Source: a virus
Taxonomy: Duplodnaviria > Caudoviricetes
Reading direction: 5' to 3' (one strand)
DNA length: 64,000 nucleotides
IMG/VR virus record: IMGVR_UViG_3300021139_000006
Location: 6,646-70,645 of that record
Shown: one piece after another, positions 19,306 to 28,971 of the stretch
How the letters are laid out: each line of letters begins with the position of its first letter
Position numbering within the stretch: position 1 is the stretch's first letter
Made by a program: the position numbers and the translations under genes
The notes under the pieces: generated by a model
What the model was told of the DNA's origin: nothing
Seen by the model: only the letters and a program-made list of their open reading frames with translations
Database searches by the model: none

Positions 19306-20385
19306 TTATTTCCTCTTAATGTTCTTCCACATTGCGCTCGCAGCCACGCGTTTGCCAGCTTCTTCCGATCCATATTCTTTAGCAGCTTTATCAGCTAGCT
19401 TCTCAAACCCTTTCCCTTTCTTGCCTATATCTTCGCCTTTTTCAGCTTTCTTTACAACAGCTGATTTTTGTTTCTTGGTGAGACCGGCAGAAGGTTTCTT
19501 TTTCTTTGCTTCTCCTACCACTCCGATATTATCGTAAGAATTAGGCTCTTCGGTATACATTCCTTCGTCTTCATATTGATCCATGTATGGGTCTTTCTCT
19601 GCTTTGAAGTATGTAGTGACTTCTTCAATATTATCACATGCAACGTTTAAATGTTGGAATGCCCAAGCTGGCCAATCGTGACCTTCCATTACTTGCATCT
19701 TTAAGAATTCTACATTTTCACAGATAGAATCAAGTTCACCTGCAACCATGTGTAACTCTTGAGGATCTTGTTCTTCTTCGTACTCTCCTACAGTAGCCAT
19801 CATTTTAGACTCATAGAGGGCTTTTAGGTCTTTGGTAGTGATAAGTACTGACTTACTATTTAAAGTGTCTAGAGCCTCGTCTAATGAGGTATTATTAGTA
19901 CTTCTAAGTTCTCCTGATTTAGATAAGGTGTATATTGTCTCGTTTAATGGTTCGTAAGGAGGTCTTTCTGATTTACGGTTTGCTTTAATGTCATTTACAG
20001 TTGGGGCTGCTGTTGCTCTATCTATTGCACTCAATAATTCACTACATAAATCCTCGACATCCCCATGTCCGTTTCTTTCAATCATACTTACCGTAGAGAT
20101 AAATTTTTTAGCTATAGAGCTTCTGACAGAAAATTCAAATGTAATACCTTCAGGAGAAGACTTACAGTATTTTTGACTGAATATCTCTGGGTCATCTGTA
20201 AATGCTGAGCTCGTACCTGTCTTTATGAACTCTTTGTAACCTAATGAATTTTTAGGTATTGTTACCTTGAATGTATTACCTGAAGATTCATCTTTTATTT
20301 GCATACCCTCTTTAAGTACAGATTTACCTTCATTAATAAAGCTTTTTCTAAATTTGTTTGCGATTTGATCCGCTTCTTTAATCAT
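19306..20385 (-). CDS. Putative internal head protein
   Basis: FINEG, VLKEG and PLNET sites; basic C-terminal module KKKPSAGLTKKQKS..AMWK. Confidence 0.55.
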   Translation of the reverse strand: MIKEADQIANKFRKSFINEGKSVLKEGMQIKDESSGNTFKVTIPKNSLGYKEFIKTGTSSAFTDDPEIFSQKYCKSSPEGITFEFSVRSSIAKKFISTVSMIERNGHGDVEDLCSELLSAIDRATAAPTVNDIKANRKSERPPYEPLNETIYTLSKSGELRSTNNTSLDEALDTLNSKSVLITTKDLKALYESKMMATVGEYEEEQDPQELHMVAGELDSICENVEFLKMQVMEGHDWPAWAFQHLNVACDNIEEVTTYFKAEKDPYMDQYEDEGMYTEEPNSYDNIGVVGEAKKKKPSAGLTKKQKSAVVKKAEKGEDIGKKGKGFEKLADKAAKEYGSEEAGKRVAASAMWKNIKRK

Positions 20386-20404
20386 TGTTTTTGTTTTTTA
20401 TTTG

Positions 20405-20632
20405 TTAGGATTTAGTTTGAGTCCACCAGTTACATAAATACTTTTCAGGCTCAGTAGGTATAACCCCTGAACCATTATACTCTATGAAGTATTTACCTTC
20501 ACATTCTCCTTTATCGGCATTCCATTTTATGCAGTTAGCACAATTGGCACCTCCGTAAGGTACTTCTCTTGCAGCTTTGTATCCAGGAGGATAAACTGCG
20601 TTTCCTTCTAGGATTAAGTTAATTAGTTTCAT
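20405..20632 (-). CDS. Small four-Cys protein, HiPIP-like spacing
   Basis: CANC-x10-C-x19-CNWW; N-terminal MKLINLILEG. Confidence 0.45.
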   Translation of the reverse strand: MKLINLILEGNAVYPPGYKAAREVPYGGANCANCIKWNADKGECEGKYFIEYNGSGVIPTEPEKYLCNWWTQTKS

Positions 20633-21197
20633 TTATTCTATTTTCAAGTTCGGTAAGCTCTTTGTCCATTTGTTTAATTATATGGTCATTACTATTGTTA
20701 CCAGTCCAGTTTTGTTTCTCACCTGTTTCTGTGTAAATACCTCTGTCCATTCCATTTAGTTCCTTCATAAACGCCCTTGCATCTTTTGTGAATGTAATTG
20801 CATTTTCGGTCATTATCCTTTGGGCGTACTCTTCGTACTTACCTTCTGCTCTTAATTTGGTTTCTAAGGATAATTGGCAGGAGAAGCAGTGCTCAAATAA
20901 ACTGTAAAATTTAGAGTCGAGCTTGTGCTTCATACTGTTCTTGCATGAAGGGCATACTAATGGTGCAAATAACGCTTTCTTAACTGAGCTGTATTTCGTA
21001 TTGGTCTGCCTGATACCATCTTTTATAGTCCATTCTTTACCATCCTCAATCCAGGTGTCACCTTCTTTGTATTCGGTAAAGCTTTTCTCGTACCCTACTT
21101 GGGTACCTGTTGATTGGGTTGCATTTCCTGAAAACAAATTACGAAGACGTTTTACATCTTTGCTTCTAAACTCTTTTAATAACGCGTTATCTGCCAT
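20619..21197 (-). CDS. Hypothetical protein with Zn-ribbon
   Basis: CPSC..CFSC. Confidence 0.6.
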   Translation of the reverse strand: MADNALLKEFRSKDVKRLRNLFSGNATQSTGTQVGYEKSFTEYKEGDTWIEDGKEWTIKDGIRQTNTKYSSVKKALFAPLVCPSCKNSMKHKLDSKFYSLFEHCFSCQLSLETKLRAEGKYEEYAQRIMTENAITFTKDARAFMKELNGMDRGIYTETGEKQNWTGNNSNDHIIKQMDKELTELENRINETN

Positions 21198-21199
21198 AA

Positions 21200-21790
21200 T
21201 TATTTTACTCCGAATTTTTCGTATAATCCTTGTAGGTATCCTACATTAATCACATTTCCGTTATTACCGTCTACCTCTTCCCTTAACATGTCAAATACCT
21301 TTTGAACAGATAATTTAGATAATTCAGGTGGGATATACTTCATGAATTCCTTCATGTTTTCATCTATCACGGACTGCATCATTTCACCCCTGATACCGTA
21401 GTTGTACTCAGGGATAAGTATTATCTCGTAATTATGAAACTTCCTGAATTTGTTTTGGAACTCATGACTCTTAGCTACCTTTTCTGGTATAGCTATAATA
21501 AATGGTTCTTCAACATTACTCTCAAGAATTTTATATATGTAGTGTCTAGGGGAATCCTCTCCGGATAATTGAGTCTTGACTATATCTCCGTTAGTTTCGT
21601 GGATATATAAATCAAAGATTTGCTGATTGACCTTTGCAGGCACTAAAGCATTTTTCTCTTCTCCTATAACAATGACCACTTCACTTATCTCAGATTGCTT
21701 TCTACCTAACCAGTAGGCAATTTGCAAATCCTTTTCAGTTGGTGGACAAAAGTATCCAGGTAGGTAGCATCTTTTTAATAATGAAGGCAT
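21200..21790 (-). CDS. Degenerate HxGH-type nucleotidyltransferase-like protein
   Basis: YLPGYFCPPTEKD resembles GxFxPPHxGH with both His residues lost. Confidence 0.4.
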   Translation of the reverse strand: MPSLLKRCYLPGYFCPPTEKDLQIAYWLGRKQSEISEVVIVIGEEKNALVPAKVNQQIFDLYIHETNGDIVKTQLSGEDSPRHYIYKILESNVEEPFIIAIPEKVAKSHEFQNKFRKFHNYEIILIPEYNYGIRGEMMQSVIDENMKEFMKYIPPELSKLSVQKVFDMLREEVDGNNGNVINVGYLQGLYEKFGVK

Positions 21791-21806
21791 ATACTATAAA
21801 TATCAA

Positions 21807-22355
21807 TTAATCCTTTAGTAAGGTTACTGTATAAGAAGAATTACTTGTTTTAGTAGGGGCTGTAATTGTGATGTTTTCCAATAGCTCACCTGTAGCAGGG
21901 TCTGGAATACTTACAATCATGAAGTCACTGATTGATTTCAAGAATTCCTCCCTCTTTTTAATCTCCTTGTCAAGCTCCTTTTTTCTGGCTGATAAGCTGT
22001 TGTATAGTGGGTCTCCAGAAGATGCGTAGTCATACTTAGTACCTGTCTCAGCCAACTTAAACTTAGTGCCTTTTGGTGTAATGAATTCTTTCTTTCCTTC
22101 TGCGTTTAGCACTATCTCTTCGCAGATTAGACCTGTCATAGAAGTATTACCAGACTCATCTACCATATCTTTAAGTTCTGCATGTACTTTGCTCATTAAA
22201 GCAAATGCTTCTATGGCAGTTACAGCTGATACTCTACCTTCAGTCACGTCTTCAAATACCTTATGTGCTATCGCTTTAGCGGAGCTATCAGATACTACTA
22301 GGGCGTTTGAATTAACTTTTACTTTGTCTAACTCGAATTTTAACTTAGTATTCAT
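21807..22355 (-). CDS. Hypothetical protein
   Basis: 182-aa ORF in the primase operon. Confidence 0.6.
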   Translation of the reverse strand: MNTKLKFELDKVKVNSNALVVSDSSAKAIAHKVFEDVTEGRVSAVTAIEAFALMSKVHAELKDMVDESGNTSMTGLICEEIVLNAEGKKEFITPKGTKFKLAETGTKYDYASSGDPLYNSLSARKKELDKEIKKREEFLKSISDFMIVSIPDPATGELLENITITAPTKTSNSSYTVTLLKD

Positions 22356-22548
22356 AATTGTTCTTTTTAAGTTTATTGTAAATTTTTGCTATTGTACCAG
22401 AATCAGTTTCATCATATGTGATAAACTCTCCTCCATTAACTAGGTAGTACTTCCAAGTTTTTAATACGTAGTATATGCCAAATACCAGTAATATACCTAG
22501 TACTAATGGACTGGAAATTACCCTTAAGACAATCTTACCTTTTATCAT
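22345..22548 (-). CDS. Small membrane protein
   Basis: One TM segment; overlaps both neighbours. Confidence 0.5.
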   Translation of the reverse strand: MIKGKIVLRVISSPLVLGILLVFGIYYVLKTWKYYLVNGGEFITYDETDSGTIAKIYNKLKKNNYEY

Positions 22549-22865
22549 AATTTATAATTGTTTAAGTAGTGTAATGTCTTCATGATCCTGATGTACTCAT
22601 TCTTATCCTCAGAGGTGCAGTCAGGGTTATTGATTATACCAACGTACTTCTTCATCTGTGAGTTATAGTAATCTACCTCTGCTAGTATTAAAGCTGCTAT
22701 GTATACCTTATCAAAGGGTTCTTCAACCTCAACACAATGCATAGGTATTACCTTGGTCCATTTACCGAACTTAAGTGTGTAAGCCTTTTTTCTTTCTAGA
22801 TTGTAGTACCTCATACGGTATTTACCGTTTGGGTCTTTAAATCTTTCGTTTATAATGACGTTCAT
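22545..22865 (-). CDS. Hypothetical protein
   Basis: Tightly packed in operon. Confidence 0.5.
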   Translation of the reverse strand: MNVIINERFKDPNGKYRMRYYNLERKKAYTLKFGKWTKVIPMHCVEVEEPFDKVYIAALILAEVDYYNSQMKKYVGIINNPDCTSEDKNEYIRIMKTLHYLNNYKL

Positions 22866-22871
22866 AATTGC

Positions 22872-23093
22872 TTACAATTTACTTAGTTCTTCATACCCCA
22901 TTACCTCATCTTCTACATGATTGTATATTACTTTACATACTATTGCATCTTCAAACTCGTATATACCACAAGTATCACATGCATTTTCTTCTGTGTCATA
23001 CAGTTCTATATTACCATGTTCATCTTTCATAAAGTCGCTGAATAGTAAATCTTTTACTATAAAGTACTTCCCTACTGATTGTTTATTTATCAT
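22872..23093 (-). CDS. Hypothetical protein
   Basis: Tightly packed in operon. Confidence 0.5.
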   Translation of the reverse strand: MINKQSVGKYFIVKDLLFSDFMKDEHGNIELYDTEENACDTCGIYEFEDAIVCKVIYNHVEDEVMGYEELSKL

Positions 23094-23100
23094 ATCTTGT

Positions 23101-23286
23101 TTATTCTATTTCCTCTATAGGATATTGTTCTGAATTTCTAATTACATCACCTAAGGCATACACTACATGCATCTTTGCAAATTCAGTCATTAATTTCTTA
23201 ATATCCTCCAACTCAGTTGGAACGCTAGACCAACTTTTTAATATAAATTCTTCTGCAGATAATATTTTGTCTTTCATAATCATCAT
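23101..23286 (-). CDS. Hypothetical protein
   Basis: Overlaps the primase stop codon. Confidence 0.5.
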   Translation of the reverse strand: MMIMKDKILSAEEFILKSWSSVPTELEDIKKLMTEFAKMHVVYALGDVIRNSEQYPIEEIE

Positions 23287-24257
23287 ATCTTGTTTATTTT
23301 CATCTTCATCAACTTACTCGTTGTCAGTGGACTTACCTGTTGTATCAGCTTTGTAAAGTCCTCAAACGTCATAGACCCTGGGTCTTTCTCGTCTAATTCA
23401 ACTAGATACACTGTCTTGCCCATTTCCATCAATAGCTGACAATTAACTAATGATTCCTTCAATGCGTCTGAATCTAGGCAAAGATACACCTTTTTTGATT
23501 TGCAGGTCAATAATTTTTTCATTAACTCGGGTTGTATAACCTTACCCAATAGCGGTATACAGTTACGCTTAATAGTAAACATATCAAATACACCTTCACA
23601 AAGTACAATAGGCTTAGACCAGTTAATCATTGACTCAAAAGGGATAATATCCCTAGAGCATTCTGGAAATTCATACTTGACGAAGGTCTCATCAGATAGT
23701 GCTCTACCTATCAGGTAATTAACCTTCATAGATTTATCGTAAGATGGAATGACAATACGGTTACGGTACCGGCCTTCTTCACAGTATCCTATGTTCCATT
23801 TAATGATGTCATCTTCACGTACATTACGCTTCTTAACATAAGCTTTAGCATGACGAAGCTTAAGATCATGTTTAGGTAGTTTGCCTTGTACAGATTTGAA
23901 TTCGGCTGGGAGCTGGCCTGAAAATACACCTTTTACCTCTTTGGGTTTATGTATAGAGGTATCTGTGTATTTTAGTATTTCTTTGAGTTCATTGAACCGT
24001 TGTTCTGTAGCCCCTATCTTTTTAAGTAGGTTGTAAATAGACTTACCTTTCTCACCACAAGACCAGCAGTGGTAGATGTTGACAGGTTTTCCATCTTCTA
24101 TTATGGTTTCCATATCAACCTCTAGTTTCTTCTGACCGGCAATTCTAGAAGGCCTGTTTGCACAGCCTACAAATGGGCATAGGTATTTTCTGTTTGATGA
24201 AGAGGAACCGGTACCTGTGCCTAATACTGAATCAAGAAAGGGAATTAGACTACTCAT
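23283..24257 (-). CDS. dnaG: DNA primase (CHC2 zinc finger + TOPRIM)
   Basis: CPF..YHCWSC, RIVIP, LCEGVFD, LDSDA and KDPG motifs. Confidence 0.92.
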   Translation of the reverse strand: MSSLIPFLDSVLGTGTGSSSSNRKYLCPFVGCANRPSRIAGQKKLEVDMETIIEDGKPVNIYHCWSCGEKGKSIYNLLKKIGATEQRFNELKEILKYTDTSIHKPKEVKGVFSGQLPAEFKSVQGKLPKHDLKLRHAKAYVKKRNVREDDIIKWNIGYCEEGRYRNRIVIPSYDKSMKVNYLIGRALSDETFVKYEFPECSRDIIPFESMINWSKPIVLCEGVFDMFTIKRNCIPLLGKVIQPELMKKLLTCKSKKVYLCLDSDALKESLVNCQLLMEMGKTVYLVELDEKDPGSMTFEDFTKLIQQVSPLTTSKLMKMKINKI

Positions 24258-24275
24258 TAACTTTTATTTACCCTG

Positions 24276-24303
24276 CGAAGGTAAGTAAATTTAATTTGTC
24301 AAA
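24276..24303 (-). promoter_or_regulatory. Bacteroidota-type promoter for the primase operon
   Basis: TACCTTCG (-7-like) with TTTG about 17 nt upstream. Confidence 0.5.
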
Positions 24304-24306
24304 AAA

Positions 24307-25056
24307 TTATTTTTTGAAGGTTTTTAATATCATGTAAATATCTTTCAAATCCTTTAAACTAATTATGTGAAATGCATTCAAATCTTTAACTGAGTCTTTA
24401 ATTTCTTCATCAAATAACTTCTTCCAAATATCGTACATTTTTTTATACTGTGGATTTTTACTCACAAACCTTTTAAACTCAGCGTTATTTACATGTTTGT
24501 ACTCATTCGCTGGTGTTACTTTATCATAATCAATATTTCCTTCTTTATCCATTACTTGTTCAGCTTCACGATAAACACGTTCTATATCCTCAACAGTTTG
24601 TGTGTCATAAAAACCTAGTAATTTATTCATTAGAAATACAGACGGAGTGAATGTTATGTCTTTTTCAAATACTGGTAATATTAACTCTTCAAATTTTTCT
24701 AGCTTTAATTTGGATATCTCCCTTTTTTTCAGTGTAACTAAGTCTTCTGATACAGCTAAACGTATTTTATCTAAATTCTTTAGAAATTCTGTTTGGTCCT
24801 TATTATCAACAAAATTATTAAATCCTTCACCATCAAATTTTCCATTGGGGTCTGTAAATCTATCTTGTTCCTTATTCCAGTCAAATTTATTTTTATAGTA
24901 TTTACCATAGTTGTATTCAAACTGTTTAAGCAAGTCTTTTGGAAATTTATTAAAATCTACTAAATTACCTTTCTGTTTTTCTAACTCACCCTTAGCGTTT
25001 ACTTGTAATGACTCAGCGAGAATTGTTTTTAGTAATTGTTTAAATAAGTCTGCCAT
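24307..25056 (-). CDS. Hypothetical protein, possible internal head protein (likely start MADLFKQ)
   Basis: ATG at 25056 avoids overlap with the upstream gene; LLKTILAES leader. Confidence 0.55.
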   Translation of the reverse strand: MADLFKQLLKTILAESLQVNAKGELEKQKGNLVDFNKFPKDLLKQFEYNYGKYYKNKFDWNKEQDRFTDPNGKFDGEGFNNFVDNKDQTEFLKNLDKIRLAVSEDLVTLKKREISKLKLEKFEELILPVFEKDITFTPSVFLMNKLLGFYDTQTVEDIERVYREAEQVMDKEGNIDYDKVTPANEYKHVNNAEFKRFVSKNPQYKKMYDIWKKLFDEEIKDSVKDLNAFHIISLKDLKDIYMILKTFKK

Positions 25057-25060
25057 TTTA

Positions 25061-25483
25061 TTATGATATTTTAGCATATTGCCCTTCAGACTCATCTATC
25101 CAAGCAATATCGTTTAATTTGACAATTTTCGAATACAATTTATTATTTTTTCCACCAGCATAATCTTGTGCATTCATTTTAGATGGTGATACGAAAACAC
25201 CATTTTTAATTGGGTAGCTTGAATACACTAATATCTCTCCTTTAGATAATGCTTCTTCCATATCTTTAACCGTAAAATCAGGATACATATTACCCTCTAC
25301 TTTTGCATTTTCAAATGCTTCACGAGCTGTTTTAATATCCGAAAGATTTCTAATCCATGTGTTATAACTATTTGGTGCTGGATTAGAATTATTTATCAAC
25401 TCTAATTGTTTAGATTTTATACCAGTAGGTTCTCTTGAGTCCTCAAGTTTCTCCCTTAATATTATACTGAATATGTCTTTCAT
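25061..25483 (-). CDS. Putative packaged protein with ART-like fold
   Basis: ILVYSS..GVFVSPSKMNAQDYAG..EGQY pattern; IILREKLE leader. Confidence 0.4.
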   Translation of the reverse strand: MKDIFSIILREKLEDSREPTGIKSKQLELINNSNPAPNSYNTWIRNLSDIKTAREAFENAKVEGNMYPDFTVKDMEEALSKGEILVYSSYPIKNGVFVSPSKMNAQDYAGGKNNKLYSKIVKLNDIAWIDESEGQYAKIS

Positions 25484-25490
25484 TGGTTAT

Positions 25491-25952
25491 TTACTTTGTT
25501 TTACCCCAACTTTTACCTTTACCTGGGTCTTTGCATGCTGCCGGTGTAGGCCGGCATGAAGGATACTTAGACCTCTTTTCTCCATCTTGTCTTCCACAAG
25601 ATTTACATTTTACTTTTCCGTTTTCCTTCTTACATGTATTGCAATCAACCCATCCTTTAGACTTGCCTGGTGCACCTTTTCTATTAAACCATTTGTGCAG
25701 TGATTCTTCCTCTTCTTTTATGTCGCTCCAGATATCTCCTTTACGGCATCTTACAATTGCTCCTGATCTATAAGCTGACGGCTTATCGTATTTTTGACGT
25801 GCAATACGTAGACATCTATCAGCTTTTTTCTCTTGTAGTATCTCCTTTAATAAATCAATCAACTCACTGTTAGACTGACATGAGTTACATTCTTTTAATT
25901 CAGATTTCTCCAGTAGAACTTTCTTTATTAGGTTGCTATGTAAGTCTTGCAT
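25491..25952 (-). CDS. Cys-rich basic phage protein
   Basis: PSAYRSGAIVRCR..LHKWF..GWVDC..CGR..YPSCRP; leader with VLLE and ILQE. Confidence 0.6.
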   Translation of the reverse strand: MQDLHSNLIKKVLLEKSELKECNSCQSNSELIDLLKEILQEKKADRCLRIARQKYDKPSAYRSGAIVRCRKGDIWSDIKEEEESLHKWFNRKGAPGKSKGWVDCNTCKKENGKVKCKSCGRQDGEKRSKYPSCRPTPAACKDPGKGKSWGKTK

Positions 25953-25956
25953 GTTT

Positions 25957-26406
25957 TTACTGAATTAAATCCTTTCTGAAGAAGGTAGAATTTATGTTTG
26001 AGTTATAAGAATTGTCTGATTCTAAAACACCCTCCATGAATTGGTACTTTATTTCATAGTAAGTATTTTGTTTCTTCCCATATGTAAATATCAGAATTTC
26101 TCGAATGAATTGATTTTCACCATAAGTTTTAAGGTCTAGTAACAACTCTTCACTACTTCCCCAGTACTTCTGCCAATCTGATTCTTTCTTTACTAACTTC
26201 TTAGTTGCCTTCCGGCCAGGCTTCTTTAGTAAAGATTGTTCTTGAAGTTCTTTCTTACCTAGCTTTACATTTCGCTCGCTGAATAGTTGTTTCTTTCCTA
26301 TATAGAACTTTCCTGTAGAGATACGAGTTATCTTGTATATAAAACCAAATGCACCCTCTGGTGCATCTGATATTGATTGTATGGTTGATTCTTTATACTT
26401 CCACAT
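25957..26406 (-). CDS. GIY-YIG endonuclease (EndoII/Seg-like)
   Basis: GFIYKIT..FYIGKK, YWGSS, FIREIL and YNSNI motifs. Confidence 0.85.
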   Translation of the reverse strand: MWKYKESTIQSISDAPEGAFGFIYKITRISTGKFYIGKKQLFSERNVKLGKKELQEQSLLKKPGRKATKKLVKKESDWQKYWGSSEELLLDLKTYGENQFIREILIFTYGKKQNTYYEIKYQFMEGVLESDNSYNSNINSTFFRKDLIQ

Positions 26407-27237
26407 TTACCAGTCTAATTTTACATTTATGTTGAAATCTGTGTTTGCTGACATAGGTAGGGGTTGTCCAAACTTTGCTATGGCCATCAGTTGATTGTCT
26501 GGGCTATAGAGACCTACAGAGGTAATGTACGGCTGAAAGCTGCTACTTGTAGCAAAAGACTGTAAAGTGCCGTCACTACCTGAGACAAGTAAAGTCGGAT
26601 TGTATGAATAGTTAAAATCATGTTGTTTTATTTTAAGCCTGTAAGTCTGTTCATATACAGTTAAGGTATTGTTAAATGAAAAAAATATATCATCTACTTC
26701 TGGGTCTATGAAATAACTCCCGTTTGTGATAACAACTAGCCCTTGACTGTAGAATACATTTCCTATATGAACATAATCCCCCACATCGTTTAGGTTAGGA
26801 TCAAATATTGTAATATTACCATATCCGTCATCTGAACCTAGGTAGGTAGTTTCACCACCAATGTAAAGTGTAATACCAAAATTACTTGGTTTTATACCTT
26901 CTCCGTAGTAAGATCTAGGGAATGACAAAATTTGAACTTCATAACCTATGGATGAAACATCATAACTTATGTTTCTGTAATCCACATAAGAACTAGAAGG
27001 TTGTTGATATGAGGCTGATATATAGTTATTAGACTGTAATCTTTGCTGAACACCTGTTAAACTACCTGATATGTAGTTTGGATAGTATTGTTTTACAATT
27101 ATGTTGTAGAAAGGGTCTCCTACTGATACATCATAAAACTGTACTCCGGGAGTTTCTAAATTCCCATAGTATGTTTTATTTGCAACGTAAGGCACAAGAG
27201 CTACGTCTGAATCTGATATATTCTTAAATGCGCTCAA
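26407..27237 (-). CDS. Virion protein with tail-collar-like C-terminal domain
   Basis: YITSVGLY..LMAIAKFGQP. Confidence 0.6.
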   Translation of the reverse strand: MSAFKNISDSDVALVPYVANKTYYGNLETPGVQFYDVSVGDPFYNIIVKQYYPNYISGSLTGVQQRLQSNNYISASYQQPSSSYVDYRNISYDVSSIGYEVQILSFPRSYYGEGIKPSNFGITLYIGGETTYLGSDDGYGNITIFDPNLNDVGDYVHIGNVFYSQGLVVITNGSYFIDPEVDDIFFSFNNTLTVYEQTYRLKIKQHDFNYSYNPTLLVSGSDGTLQSFATSSSFQPYITSVGLYSPDNQLMAIAKFGQPLPMSANTDFNINVKLDW

Positions 27238-27238
27238 G

Positions 27239-28282
27239 CTATGATTGTATTTTTACTCTAAGATTTAGAGTCTGAGTAAAGTTCTTTTTTAAAGGTGTGC
27301 TCAACTTTGCTACAGCCATTAATTCGTTTTGCATACTATACAACCCAATTGATGTGATGAATGTCTCAGGATTATTAACAAGTGTGGTATATATGATATT
27401 GCCATTTTTATCAATTACTGATGGGTTGGTTGTATAATTTAAGTCTGTGAAATTTACCTTCACATTAAAATACCTAGAAGTGATTGTTTCTAGACTGTTT
27501 AAAGAGAATGAATTACCTGAGTAAATAGCAGAGTACAACCTTGATGTATTTATATTGTATGTGGCATTATAAGATGTACTATTAGTACTGTCAATAACCA
27601 AACCAATACCTCCACCAACTCCTGGGGCTGCTGCAAGCGCAGACGGATTCAGGATAATAGTACTGATATTTGGTAAGAATATACCATACGAACCACTTAC
27701 TGTTTGTACATCATTACCGTTGTAAGATGCACCATTTGATCCACTTACAATCAAGAATACTTCGTTACTTCCTACAAAAGATTCAACAGTAACATCATTA
27801 CTATTATCGGTTAGTTGAATAGTACCTGAGGGTCCTGTCAGTGTCAGATTCAAAGACCCAGGTTGTAATGCTTCTTTATATTGAGCACGAGAAACTGTTA
27901 GTACAAATATATCTGTAGAAGATGCATTACTTGTCCCAAAAGTAAATGGCTCCTGACTACTTGCTTGTCCATATACCAAACTTGAATACTGACCATATAT
28001 ATCGGATGTAGGTGATTTACCACCTACATTCGTATTATATGCAGGAGACCCATATCCGTTTAAATTACCATAGGCTATTGCAAATTGTAGAGATGACCCT
28101 ACTGCTGATATAGGTAAATTATATACATTTAAGTATGAAAGCCCTTGAGGTGAATTTGCTTGAACAGATGATGTGTACATTGCTGCCTGAGTCAATGTAT
28201 TGGTATTATTTGACCATAATGGGGATACTATTGATTCTTGGACTATAACAGAATCATTTGTGCCAAAGGATATGTAAGACAT
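27239..28282 (-). CDS. Virion protein with tail-collar-like C-terminal domain
   Basis: FITSIGLY..LMAVAKLSTP; paralogous to the neighbouring gene. Confidence 0.6.
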   Translation of the reverse strand: MSYISFGTNDSVIVQESIVSPLWSNNTNTLTQAAMYTSSVQANSPQGLSYLNVYNLPISAVGSSLQFAIAYGNLNGYGSPAYNTNVGGKSPTSDIYGQYSSLVYGQASSQEPFTFGTSNASSTDIFVLTVSRAQYKEALQPGSLNLTLTGPSGTIQLTDNSNDVTVESFVGSNEVFLIVSGSNGASYNGNDVQTVSGSYGIFLPNISTIILNPSALAAAPGVGGGIGLVIDSTNSTSYNATYNINTSRLYSAIYSGNSFSLNSLETITSRYFNVKVNFTDLNYTTNPSVIDKNGNIIYTTLVNNPETFITSIGLYSMQNELMAVAKLSTPLKKNFTQTLNLRVKIQS

Positions 28283-28288
28283 ATTTTA

Positions 28289-28942
28289 TTAAGTTGTTTT
28301 AGTGATTGTTAAAGGTACTCTAATTGATGCTCCACTGTTTCTTCCTACTATATATATTTGAGTGTACAGAGAAGTGCCTGATGTACCAAATAGTGTATTG
28401 ATAGTAGTACCAGTAAGGTTAAATGTTGTACCTATTTGACTTGTACTAATATTAGTGGTTTGGATAGTGGTAATGGTTGATGTGCTCATTCCTGAAGTGT
28501 CAATACCTGTTCCGGTAAAAGTTGATAACAATCTACCATCACCTATTGTAACCAAATATCCATCTGGCTCTATAGTAGTATTTGAACCTAGGTAATTCAA
28601 TGTTTGAGGTACAATAGCTATGGATGCACCTTGTTTCAAGGTTACAGTTACTGACCCAATAGATATCACAGGAAGAGTGGCCGTACCTTGTGGTAGGGTT
28701 ACCAACTTGTACTTCATACACTGCGTATCATCTGGGAATGCCTCTAATATAGGTAGGTTTTGAATTGCCTCTCCGTAGAAAGCTGACCCAGAAGGGTGAT
28801 TTACGTTGTAGAGTGTGTAGTCGACTTCATCATCAGCACAAGCAAATGATGTTATGTCGAAAGTCCCTTGGGATAAGTATTGACGCCCTTTTTTAGTTAG
28901 GATTGCATCAATGGTTACTGTTTGATTACTTAAATAAGCCAT
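28289..28942 (-). CDS. Virion/baseplate protein
   Basis: AILTKKGRQYL..ADDEVDY, resembling a tail-collar N-terminus. Confidence 0.55.
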   Translation of the reverse strand: MAYLSNQTVTIDAILTKKGRQYLSQGTFDITSFACADDEVDYTLYNVNHPSGSAFYGEAIQNLPILEAFPDDTQCMKYKLVTLPQGTATLPVISIGSVTVTLKQGASIAIVPQTLNYLGSNTTIEPDGYLVTIGDGRLLSTFTGTGIDTSGMSTSTITTIQTTNISTSQIGTTFNLTGTTINTLFGTSGTSLYTQIYIVGRNSGASIRVPLTITKTT

Positions 28943-28971
28943 GTTGTAGTTTTGTAGTTATAAATATCGTG

